From Takakia lepidozioides (Eukaryota > Plantae > Bryophyta), in contig CM060734.1 of NCBI GenBank assembly GCA_030704615.1, forward strand, positions 15,066,001 through 15,130,000: DNA of 64,000 nucleotides. The letters are read 5' to 3'. The notes below the pieces were generated by a model. It saw nothing but the letters and a program-made list of their open reading frames with translations, ran no database searches and was not told the origin of the DNA. A program made the translations under genes and the position numbers. Below are positions 45,895 through 57,910 of this stretch, piece by piece; position 1 is the first letter of the stretch; the number at the start of each line of letters is the position of its first letter.

Positions 45895-48304
45895 TTGGGT
45901 TATGTGCTACTGCTCGATCTCGCGGATATGGCGGAACCTGTGGCGGGACTGGCCCCATGGGCCAGACGGAAGTTGGAGGAGGAACACTCCGCAACGGGGG
46001 CTTCCCCCTTCCAAGTGGTCTACGGGAAAGCACTTTTGATGCCGACAAGTTGGACCGCCCAAGGGACAATGGATGAGGTCGATGAAGATGGTGAGAAAGT
46101 GCCAGCGGCAATAGCGATTTGGGAGGAACGTAAGTGTTTGATGGAGCTTGCCAAGTATAATATTGCCAAGGCGAGGAAACGCTATGGGTCGCAGGCTAAT
46201 CGGAAGCGGAGAGAAGTGAAGTTTGAGGTAGGCACAGAGGTTTGGTTGAACATCAAGAATTTTTGACTACCTCCGGAAGTGAGTTCAAAATTCGTATCTC
46301 CTTATGCGGGGCTTTTCTGCATTCGAAAAGGTTATGAATGAGGATGTGTACGAGTTGGAACTACCGGTAGACAACAAGGTGCGTTCCGTATTCCACGTTT
46401 CTCTCTTGAAGCCTTACTTCAAAGATGGTCAGCGCGTCTGAATCGGCATCAAGTGTTGCGCCCGCCACCTGTGCTATTGGATCATGAAAATGAACCTGAG
46501 TACGAGGTGGAGGCAGTGCTTAAGTCGATGAGGTTCAAGAATTGAGAAATAGAGTATCTCGTGAAATGGAAGGGCTATCATCAAGTGGATGCAACTTGGG
46601 TGCGTGCCTCAGAAATGGGAAACGCACCCGAGGCGGTTGTAGCTTTCGAAGGGTGACCTCAAAAGCGGAAGAGACGTTGATAGGGACATCAACCTTGGAT
46701 TGTGGGGGAGGAAATGCACACACTGTCCGACTTAGCTAGCTCAGGAATCCGATTGCAAAGACTTGTGTTGTACAAATCTTGTTTATAAGAAACCGTTTCC
46801 AAATGTGTTGTTTATATTTTGTCTGGAATGGTGATGCATGGTGTGGTTGGCTAGTATGTAGAATGCATACTAGCTTACAAAAGTAGGAAGAGATAAATTG
46901 GACAAGTCGTATATTTGTGTAGTGCCGAAATCGGGTGACTCCCATCTAAGGGGCAAAGAAACTTGTGTCTTCTTGGGAGTTCACGTGTTAGTACGCACCT
47001 TGCGCGTGCGCACACTATAACTGCGTTACCGAGGGGTTGTCGTGTAGTGCGGGCTAACGTGAAAGCTACGTGCTTCTGTTCACGTACTATAATCGTGTAA
47101 CCTCGGGACGAAGCCTTAGTGCGGCTTCGGCGTGTTCCCGTACCTCAGGCTAGCATCTCAAAGCGAGCCCAATTGTAGTGATTGGGGCGCACGTTTGGTT
47201 CAAGGTTATCTTCCTAGTCAAAAGGGGTTCAAGGCGAACCTTTGCTCAAGGTGATGCCAAAGCGGCATCATGAGCGGGCGTAAGCAATGTTGTTGCAGTA
47301 AGGCGATTCGATCCTCGGGGAGGATCGTACCTTGGCCATGAAGAGAGTCAAGAAGAGTGCAGTGGGTGGAGCTTGGGAAGCTCCACCCTTGGCCGTGACT
47401 TGGAGGAAGTCAGCCAAACTAGCTAGTGGAGAGTAGAGTCAAGTGGGGGTTTGGTTCTTTGTCATGGGACGCCATGGTACGGAAACAAACTCCTTGATGT
47501 GGGACGCCACAACTTGGATGTTAGTTTCCACAAAAATGGACAAGTCGATGAGGACATTGACTCTTCGTTGGTAGGGGTGTGTGTTGCGGCCCTTTGCCTT
47601 GAGGGCGGGGGGTCGGACACAAGAGGGGCTGCCCCTGTGGTGGGGGTAGCGGCAGCGAAAAGGGATGGGGGCTGAAGCACCCTTGAGTGCCGAAGGCACT
47701 CAAGGAGGTTGAGGCTCTCATGACTAGGTGGAGACCCGCCAACCGGGTTGCGGTGGGGGGGCTCCGTGTGGGGTTGTGGTAGTTTAGGGAGTCGTAATGG
47801 GAGTGGCATAGGACTCACCATGAGGCTGAGGCTGTGGTGGGAGTCGTGGGGAGTTTTGGGACTCACCACGGTCCATTGGGGCCGTGGTGGGTGGGCCAAG
47901 ACTCGCTGCGACTCATCACAGGGAGTCGAGGGTCTAGGTGGTGGTGCACCAGATTTGGACTTGGCTGTTTGTGGAACCCCCGTGGACACCTACAGAAGTA
48001 TGTATAAGGAGTAGTAACCCCAAGAACGGTGCAAGTCCATTGGTGACCAAAAGCTAGTGAGTAAGCAAACGAGCCGGAAAGCAACCAAGGTGTGGGGAGC
48101 TATTCCGGACTGCCAACAACCAAAGGGAATTTCCACTAGGCCCGATTAGCTCGAGGGTCTCGTGGAGGGGCAAGGGGGACCGTTATGCCCCGGTGAGCAG
48201 CCGAAGCTCCGAGTTGGCCCGGCGGCCAGTTTGGGAGTTAGGCGCTCGCATCAAAACAAGTAACTATGACTTAAGGGGGAGTTACCAAGGTGAGGTGCGC
48301 GACA
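45895..48304 (+). mobile_element. Internally deleted relative of chromovirus C: gag stub fused to integrase C-terminus, chromodomain, 3' UTR and LTR (47582-48304)
   Basis: [20 protein letters not shown] joined to EHSATGASPF; strong similarity to element C; PPT followed by TG..CA LTR. Confidence 0.9.
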
Positions 48305-49090
48305 CTTGGGCCAACGCCACAAGCTACCCTAGAGATCATACTTGGGCCTGGACATAGGAGACGCACTTGGATATATAGGGGATCGCACTTGGACTTAGAT
48401 AACAGTGTACACTTGGACCAACGGCACATGCTACCCTAGTCAATATATGAAGGAAGCCAATTTGTTTGTTTGTTTGTTTTGTTTGTTTTGTCACGTTGAG
48501 AAGTCCCAAACTGCGGTGCCCCAGCGCTGGTGCTTGGTATCATTGGAAAGCCCTCGACGAGGAGGGGTGCACCGGCTTAGTCTCATGATTTTTGGACCTG
48601 CAGTGTGGGAGATATGGAATTTCAAGTACTTTTGGTCGAAAGTGGGCTTTCCTAGAGCGATGATTGGCCCTTCATGTGGGAGATTTGGAATTTCAAGTAC
48701 TTTTGGTCTCTGAAAATTCGCGAAAAATAGCAAAATGGATATATCAACAATCTCGATGGGGGAGATTGCAAAAATAACAAAGTGGGCTTTGTTGGAACAA
48801 TGACATGGACATCTCCCAAACTGCAGGGTTTGGATGCATAGGGGATTGCACTTGGACTTAAATGACATTGGACACTGGAGGTCGCACTTGGGCCTCTACA
48901 TAGGAGAAGCACTTGGATACATAAGAGATTGCACTTGGGCTTAGATTTGAATTCTTCACACATGGGCCAATGGCACAAGCTACCCTAGGCCTAGATCTCC
49001 CAAACATGAGGGTCTCTGGATACATAGGGGATTACACTTGGGACTTAGATGACACTGGATACTTGGGCCAATGGCACAGGCTACCCTAGT
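48305..49090. repeat. Non-coding element with dispersed CACTTGG / GCTACCCTAG motifs
   Basis: Repeated motifs at 48303-48440 and 48820-49090; internal duplication of aatttcaagtacttttggtc. Confidence 0.5.
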
Positions 49091-49429
49091 CCTAAGTGGA
49101 GTTACACTCCCCATTGTATAAACCCGATTGGAGTTTACACTCCCTCTCTATAACATATTATCATCCGTACTGAAGCTACACTCCCTTTAGTTCCATGTCA
49201 CTCTGGAGAAAGGATGGATCAACCTAACGTCTTGTCATGTCAGAGATCATACACAGACATTAACTTCATACATTTAATTCGACGAAAGTACTGTCAAGCC
49301 GCATGCCTGCATTAAATTCTTACATTGTTCCTATTATTTTTCGCATATAATACATTTCCAATGGAAAGCAAATTTGTTCTCATAAGTCGTCATTAGTAGT
49401 GCGGAGCACTGGTGTGTACCCATATAGAC

Positions 49430-49712
49430 AAGCAAGTTGTAGCCCAGTGGTAATGGGCACATACCACCTCGGAAATGGTTGTGGGTTCAATCCATGGATT
49501 GGTGTCACATAAGGTCATCTATATATATATATAATACCATATAAGTCAAACGGACCTCTTACTAGGACCTCTTACTAGCGGGTTGTCGATATGTTGTTAC
49601 CATTGGCTTGTCTTTTGTACCTGATCTGTTACATCTCATATTCATATTCATTGAGTCATTTATGTCTGATATGACACAAAATGAGTCATAAAAATGTAAT
49701 TTTGTTGTAGTG
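49430..49712 (+). mobile_element. Probable CACTA terminus containing a tRNA-like (A/B box) segment
   Basis: Ends ...TTTTGTTGTAGTG at 49712; TAGCCCAGTGG and GGTTCAATCC at 49440-49493. Confidence 0.5.
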
Positions 49713-50884
49713 ATTGTAATCCATCCTCACACGTCCTTTCAGTTCGGCTAGTAACACTTCCATTGGAGCAAATTTGGCATGGAGGCTCCAGGAGATAGTG
49801 GCACCGCAATGAGGCTCACCTTGTAGGGCTTTCATTTGTCAAAGGATAATCCATCATCCGGATCCGAGAAAAATCGAGAGAGAATTGAAATGGGCCCAAT
49901 AGAACGTAACAATGAACACAAGGAAAAAGTTACACTATGCTAAAATAAAGATGGAAGAAACTTATAGACTATGTAGCACTTTTGCCTCAGTGGCTCAAAG
50001 CTGAGGTAGGCTTTAATCTTGCTGTTTCTATCCTACCCGAGTGATGCGCACTAGAGCAGGTAGCTGAGTAGTTGCGGTTTGTGTCTTGCCTATGCATAAT
50101 GTAATGTGATCTAGGGTTCCAAGTAGACACTTTCCAATGGCTTCCAATGGAAGGCAATAGTCCCTAGAAGTCCCTTGGGATGAATAGACACCATAATTTA
50201 CGTTTCATGGGGGAGGCGTCATCCTTTTTTTTTTTTTTTCTCATGATGCCAATTCTGTACAGCGCCAGTGCAAACAATATATGTTTTCACTTAGGAGATG
50301 TTGAAATTCATCCTCATTTCTGAGCATTTGCTTTGCTATGACCCGCCAAGCCCTTTGCCCCTGTCATAAGATTGAAATGATATGAAAGATGGTCAGTCTA
50401 ATGCAATGAGCCTTAGTTGTATGGTAGACAATGTTGCATTTAGACTTCCATAGATAGCATTGTGTATGATGCCAAACTCTTAGCACATGGAGTACCATTC
50501 ATAGTAAAAAGGACAAATCAACCAATAGATCCTCTCACTTTTTCCGTTGAAAAGAACCCTATATGCAGAACCCTATATGCCAGACCGTGTTCCGAATCCA
50601 CTCTTCCCCGAGGGCAATGCGCTTAATGAGATCTTCTACTCGTATCAAAATACTCCATCACGATTCCATAAAAAACCGCCTAGAAATCCCGTGTTAAAAT
50701 TTTTACCTTCTCAGGCGAGAAGTTTCATCCTGTCAGGAGGAGGTACCTTGTGCCAGGCAGAAGACCCCTAAAGAAATTCATAAGATGACAATTTTGGGGA
50801 GGGTCACATCGGTTTTTTTACGAAGGGCAGCTGATGAGGGCCTTCCACCGTTTTCGAGCGTCGACCGCCCTCGTTCACGCTTTC

Positions 50885-51250
50885 TTAACACTGGAAGGGC
50901 CTCATCAGCTGCCCTTTCCCTATACAAACCCTACTTCTGATGGCCTCAATGGAGTGCCTGTGTCGCAATGGATAATTACGTACAAGGGTGTGCCATGGTG
51001 CATAGAACTTTATCACCAACATGTAAACTCTAACTGACATCTCACATTGCATATTAAGGCAATACTCAATGGACTCTGGAGCTCTCACAGTGCACGCGGA
51101 GAGGCACAGATCTGGAAGGTTAGAAATAAAGCGAGCCATCAGCAAAATCCTGTTAGTTATTTTTCCATAGAGAAGCACTAATCTGTGTTGCCACCAAACC
51201 TTGGACCAAATCGGCTTCTAGTTTGGGAGGTGCTGGAAAGCATAGCCAGC
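50885..51250 (-). pseudogene. LINE C-terminal zf-RVT-like remnant
   Basis: W...LYGKIT.......C..C....ESIEYCL..C pattern. Confidence 0.45.
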
Positions 51251-52579
51251 CACTTGTGGGTCATTAACAGTGGCAGCTTAGCCCAGTAGCCAAGGAATGA
51301 TAGCTCACCGTCATCTAAACTAAATGCCAAACACACCTGGTAAACGCTATCCTACCTTGGTTTACTGTTATATACATAAACATCTTCATATGCTATCACT
51401 CTGTTAGATCCTTGTAAGTGTCATCTCTTTACTATTCCTCATGCCCAACACTTGACTGTACCAAGGTCATATATATGTATATATATATATATATATGTGA
51501 CACCTCCCTAAGGAAGCATAAATTATGGTGTCTCTTGACCCTGAAGGGCTACTGCCTTCCTCTAGGAAGGTGGACACATTTGTGACACCAATCGGTGGAT
51601 GGAACCCACAACCACTTCCGAGGTGGTATGCGCCCATTACCACTGGGCTACAACTTGGTTGTCTACCAAGGTCACGGTGGACCAATCTATGTTGCTGCCA
51701 TCCTGCTATTCATTCTTTGTCAACCCATCAAAATAAAATGCAATAAAAGTACTGTTGACTGTCATATCCGATCCTTATTATTAGTGGGATATTCGAAACC
51801 CTAGCCTCTCTGCGAGAGGTGAGACGGAATCCGTTCTAATCGGAAACATGGCAGTCCCTCTCTCTCGCATGGCTCCCACAGAAAACTAGCCATATCAAAT
51901 CTCAATTCCCTGGAAGCATCGGATCTCTCCACCTGATACTGATGCTGCAACCTTTTTCATTAACTTTGTCCCAGCCCCTCCCTCCCAGTCGAACCCCTCC
52001 GAAGTGTCTTTTCCCAACTTGTTTGAGTTCTTTTGGGATGCAGAGCTTCCCACTTGAGCTCTTATTGTCAAACTCGTCGCTTTGCAGCATCCGAAACTAA
52101 GAATGTAACACGGTACACTCATGTGCTTTGCCTGTGCTCTTTGTACCGGGCATTCATCTTTCATAGTAACACAAGAGATTCCTGAGCTTGCTAACTTTGT
52201 TGCTTTGGTGATCAAAATTTGCTGTTGTCAGTTGTCCTCGATGTGAACACTATACATTACGAGGGCGACTTGTTACCCTAACATACAAGAGAAGATTATC
52301 ACCCAAATATAGCACTGCCGCTTCTCCACGTGAGAACGGATTACAGAGCCTCTCACAGCAATTCAGAAACCTTTAATACAAGATCGTTCTCACCGCAAAC
52401 CCAAGAGGCTTGCGCTCGCTAACCAAATTTTTGCCAATGTCCAGACATGGCGGAAATACAAAATCCTGATAGAAACGACTCGCGGGACCATAACAGCTCA
52501 CACACAAGCATACGAATCACATCATCACAAATAAGAAAGAGGACATCACGCTTAACGCAGACGGCAGTTTGGCACACAA

Positions 52580-52774
52580 TCATTTCTTCGCCTTGGGAGC
52601 TGAAGACTCTGCAGGCCCTGTAGCTGCCTTCTTGGCCGTCTTCTCCTGCAGGGCTTTGGCATCCCGCTCCCGCCGCTGCTCGGGAGTCAATCCATCATCC
52701 TTGGATTTGGGCCCCTTCCCCGACCTCGTCGCTGCCCTCTCCCTATCCTTCTCCCTCTGATTCCCCCTCGTCAT
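52580..52774 (-). CDS. SERF: SERF/4F5 family small EDRK-rich protein, 64 aa
   Basis: MTRGNQREKDRERA...DDGLTPEQRRERDAKALQEK. Confidence 0.93.
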   Translation of the reverse strand: MTRGNQREKDRERAATRSGKGPKSKDDGLTPEQRRERDAKALQEKTAKKAATGPAESSAPKAKK

Positions 52775-53171
52775 AAACCTTCCTTCCTCGCGATCTGTGG
52801 TGAGGTTCCTGCACAGATCCTCCCGATCTCTGCCCACCCAAGAACACTCTCGATGCTCCACACTCTTCCTGCCCGTCTGACAAACGAGAGCAGAAGAGAG
52901 AAACGTGTTAAGCGTGTATCATTCATCCGAATCCCATCACTCATCCACAGTTGGTCGTTTACCGCTGCGGACAAGCACGTGGCATCCACTTTTTCTCATC
53001 CGAAACATTCATTGGTTGGATGCCAGCCTCGCCGAAGAGCTCGGGAGTAGGTACTGGGATGAAGCAGACCGCAGGGACTTTGTTGCTCGGAGCTCTTTGA
53101 ATCCGAACTGTGTTGTAGCGAATACCGAGATTGTGGGAGATTGTGGGTGGGTTTGGCGCAATCTCTTAGCG

Positions 53172-55267
53172 ATGGATATACTGAAGTTGGATACCAGGAC
53201 CCTAACCCTGCTAGGAGCAGGGTTGTGCTCGATGGCATCAATGCATTTTACGACGCAGCTGATTTCACAACACCTGTTTTATTGGAAGAACGCAGCGCAA
53301 CAGAAACTCATCATCATCATAGTTTGCATGGCTCCCGTTTATGCCATGACCTCTTTCTTCGGTTTAGCTGAAATCCAGGGCGGAGAAGTGTTGTTCACAG
53401 TCCTGGAGTCTATCAAAGAGTGCTATGAGGCCCTTGTTCGTGGTTCTTATCTCTCTTTGTATCTCCTTGCTTATATGTGCTGGATGCCTGATGGTTTCAT
53501 CTATTACTGGAAGGACGTGTGTAAGTGTTGGAGTGTTCCTGCTGTCTTCATTTGTATAATATGTAAGCGGTACTCGGAATAAAGGCACGGGCTGGCTTGC
53601 AGTTCTAAGGTATCTGCATGCCCACCTTATGAGTTTGAGGCCGGAAAGACCTCAACTAAAGAAATTTGAAGTACTTAATTGATCGACTTCTATGAGTTGG
53701 CGTGACCCTGGTGGCCTGGCTCCCCGAGATACCAACCCGAGCTAGTCGTTGGCCTTTACACAACATTACCAAGCCTGTTATTGCCGTTGTACCTGCTCTG
53801 ACAACAACGCGGTACAGGCTTAATGAGTGTTGATATAAGCAGACAACGGTGTGTTTGGTAGATAAACCTTGTCTCGGAGCTTACAATGAAGTGCACAGTC
53901 CAGTAAGTTCTTGTTGCTGACTGGCCTTTATGGCCTGAATATGGGTCTGCAGGTGATTGCATCATTTTTGGGGTTGATGTATAACTATGTGGGCATATCA
54001 ACTTCCAGCAATGCTATTCCAGATGGTATCAAGGGCCGAATCATCCATCATTCCCCCCCAGTGACACTCTTTGTGGTAAGTTTTCATGTCTCTATCCCTC
54101 TCTCTTCTCTTGCGTTGAATTGTTTGTTGCAAGGTAAGTCATACTACCGGCGTCAGCCCCTGACAAAGGTAGTCTCTGTCCCTTTGGGGTCCGCTCAGAC
54201 TGGGCGCGGGGTCAATGGCCACAAGGCTATGGCAAACAACGTCTTATGAGTACATTCTCTTCTCTTCCGACGGCACTAACATTGATTGGAGACAAAGAAT
54301 CAGTCGTCAACATTGCCACGCCATAAACTTTAATTCAAATGGTTATATATCCTGGCCACATTCCTTGCTAGGACTTCATAATGGCAACTGTGAAGATGAT
54401 CAAATTTTGTTGGGATGTTAGTTGGTAAGTGAAGCAACCACCTGGTCACAACTGGTGTTAACAGTTGTTGGTGGGGGCTTACTGCAGCCACATGAAGTAA
54501 AGCTCGACCAGCGGTCCCTCAAGCAGCTGCAAGACTGGACATGGCAATTTGTGATATTGCGACCATTGCTTTCTATATTAATCATAGTTTTAGAGCTGTT
54601 GGGCTGGTACGAGGGTCCGATCACATGGATTATCAGCATTTCCCTCAACCTCTCTGTGTCTCTCGCCATGTATTCACTGGTGATATTTTACCATTTATTT
54701 CACAAGGAGCTCGCCCCACATGCACCTCTTGCCAAGTTTCTCTGCATCAAGGGTGTTGTATTCTTCTCCTTCTGGCAGGTGAGTTGTATTCTGTATGTAT
54801 ACCTGTGTCTATGTCGTCCCTATGGTGAATCATAGCCACACGTCAGGTCTGTGTAAAAATGCAGGGCTGCATTAGCAGTAATAATCCACAGTATCCTTCC
54901 TTTACCCTTCATAAACAGCTGTAACAGCAGTAGGAGACGTTGTCTACAACTGACACTTTTTAACTTGTTCAACTAAGTTGACACATTTTGCTAGTTGCAA
55001 TTGTTATCAATTGATCCTAAGAAAATTTGTGTGGCTTTCCAGGGGACAATGCTAAGTTTGCTGGCATCAGCTGGAGTGATCCGCACTGAGCACATATGGC
55101 TAGAAATCAACCAGATTGAGGAAGCCTACCAAAACCTTCTAATTTGTGTGGAGATGGTGGTATTTTCCATCTTGCAGCAGTATGCCTTTAGTGTTTCTGA
55201 ATACTCCGGGCAGGTTGACAAGATATTAATTGATGCCAAGAACAAGAGAGACAAGAAGGATAAGTGA
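53172..55267 (+). CDS. TMEM184: TMEM184/LAZ1-like (OST-alpha family) membrane protein; exons 53172-53435, 53953-54075, 54488-54778, 55043-55267; 300 aa
   Basis: MAPVYA, KECYEA, QFVILRP, KFLCIKGVVFFSFWQG, QNLLICVEM; all introns GT-AG and in frame. Confidence 0.95.
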
Positions 55268-56462
55268 GAATGTGACACACAGGTTCTGGATGAAATACCG
55301 CACTAGCCATGGCCATGGATCTCAATCTTTCTATTCTATGTTTTCTTAGACTTACGGGGCACATGACAGAAGTACAAAAAGGTTATCTCAAAGGCGGCAA
55401 CTCTGGTGGTTCAGAGAAGAGTTTGAGATGTCAATCAGACTCTATCTCAATAACTGGGGTAAGAATTTGAGATTGGTACTAAAGAAAGAACCTAGTAGTT
55501 CTGAGTACTATGGAAATGCAGTGAGTTTCAGATAATGAGTGGTTGGAATGTCTGGATTTCCATCATGCCCGATTTCAGGTGGGTATCTCCTATTGGCACT
55601 GGTTGTGTTGAGAAGGTCTCAGAGATAGGACGAAAATTTTGATAGGGAGTAGACTGCGGGTGGGATATTATTCTTGTCCAAGTTGGTCTTCCATTTCTTA
55701 TGGCTGTTGTGACATTATGACTCAAGTGTTTCCACATAAAGTTTGAATTTGCTTGTCCCCCTGGCCCGAAGGTGCTGAAATTTATTCACTTCTTAAGCAT
55801 CTTATTTTAGCAGGTAGGTACGCCAGTCTTTTTCTTAGTAGTTCGTTAATTGCACCTGCATAATGGTGTGAATTTTCAGGGTTTGGCCTTACCTGGACTT
55901 CCAAATCTGCAGTTGTCTCTGAAAGCACCAAAGCTGGATCAGTGAACCAAATGAATGAAGTGATGACCAGTATCACTTTGCAGTTTGAGAATGCTTGGAA
56001 TTGATGAATGTAACTGAGGAGGCCAAGTAAACAAGAAATAGTATAGTTATGTTTCTCTGTCTGTTCAACTGTTTCTATTTTGTTTGTGTCATCTGTAGTA
56101 TTTCCCTTTCTTGTCAATTGGTATCACACTACAGTGAAGATATTCCACTATTGCCTTGCTCATGGCCTATCTTTTCTGATATTCTCATCTCAAAAGTAGA
56201 ATCAGGATTCATACACAATGAACAAGATTCTTTAGTCCCTGGCCCAGGGGCCAGGTTATGCAGTTTTCATGTTGTTTCTTTCTTTATGACCACCGGATGT
56301 CAAACAAGCGGCTAGTCGCGTAATGGCTCCACCCTAAGACTCTTAAGTAGAAAATTTCCTTGAAATGTTACATTGAAATAAGATAATCACATATTCAAAG
56401 TATATTTTAAACATGTTCAGGCAAGATCCGCAGGAGCTTGGCCAAAGCAGCTCCCTCATCCC

Positions 56463-57160
56463 ATGGCTCCGCCCCCTCCCCACGTCCTTCCCAAGGGGGT
56501 AGGGTCCCCATCCGTTCCGGTGCAATTCATCTCTACGCCAGAGCTGGAGGAAGTGGAGTTCAGCCCTGACCACATCGAAGAGCAAGTATCTATGAACAAA
56601 GATCTCCCCCTCATCAAGTTGGACATCCTGGATCTGCACAGCAGAATCACAGGTATGGAAGAATCTGGCATCTTGCTACATTTCCTTGGTAGGAAGGTGT
56701 CGCGTTCTTACGTAAGAGATTGGGCGACTCGTTACTTCGGGGGGCACGGCGACCTTACGCATCACTTTTGCATAGCCAAAGGGCGTGGTTTCTTTTGTAT
56801 CATATTTGAATCTCTTGAAGCTGCTGATAAGGCCCTGCAGTTCAATCTGCATCAAAGGGGATTTAACGTGAATGTTTTCCCGTGGTCCTCCAAGCTCGGA
56901 AACAAAAACGACAAGTTGTGGGGTCCTAGAATTGTTTCCATTCCGTTTATACCGGATCAGTACCTGGTCAACCTGCCAGACATAGCCAATCATTTTGGCT
57001 CTTACCTGGGCTGTCTAGGGGTCTTTGATCCCCTCATGAATACTGATACCCTTCGGAAAATCCCGACGTGGAAATCTGCCACCATTGCTACCAAGATGAA
57101 TGCTACCAAGATGAATGAAAACGGGTGCCCCAAATGGTGCTCATGATGCCTTATGAGGCG
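56463..57160 (+). pseudogene. LINE ORF1 fragment, paralog of 19979-21153
   Basis: Shares RDWA, KGRGFF, WGPRIVS, PDIANHFGS.LGCLGVFDPLM; carries a 15-bp duplication (ATKMN twice). Confidence 0.85.
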
Positions 57161-57161
57161 G

Positions 57162-57910
57162 TTGACCAATTCCTCCGCCTTGTTTTTAACCTCAGGTTGT
57201 GATTGACAGGTCGCCTGGAAACCATCCACTAGAAGAAAACGCGGAAAACCACTCTGTTAACCACTCATTTTGAGTGGTAAAAGACACTAAACCACTCTGC
57301 CCCAGAGTGATGAAGAACCAGTGCATTAGGACAAGTGAGTGGTAAAAGACATTACGTGGCACCGGTGGTTAAGGAAGTGGTTCGAACCCACTCACGTCCG
57401 GGTCACCTGTTAGCTGACGTGTCACAGTGGTAAATTACCACTGTGACATGTCAATGACGTGTCCTGAGGTAAGCCAACCACTTATGACGTGTCACAGTGG
57501 TAAACTGACGTGTCATAGTGGTAGTAAGTAACCACTTTGACCAATTCCTCCGCCTTGTTTTTAACCTCAGGTTGTGATTGACAGGTCGCCTGGAAACCAT
57601 CCACTAGAAGAAAACGCGGAAAACCACTCTGTTAACCACTCATTTTGAGTGGTAAAAGACACTAAACCACTCTGCCCCAGATGATGAAGAACCAGTGCAT
57701 TAGGACAAGTGAGTGGTAAAAGACATTACGTGGCACCGGTGGTTAAGGAAGTGGTTCGAACCACTCACGTCCGGGTCCACCTGTTAGCTGACGTGTCACA
57801 GTGGTAAATTACCACTGTGACATGTCAATGACGTGTCACTGAGGTAAGCCAACCACTTATGACGTGTCACAGTGGTAAACTGACGTGTCATAGTGGTAAA
57901 GTAACCACTT
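57162..57910. repeat. 375-bp tandem duplication spanning a CACTA terminus
   Basis: 57162-57536 and 57537-57910 are nearly identical. Confidence 0.95.

Noticed and set aside
52775-53171. N-terminal extensions of SERF and TMEM184 in the ORF track
   Set aside because: They start at non-ATG codons; family similarity begins at ATG 52774 and ATG 53172
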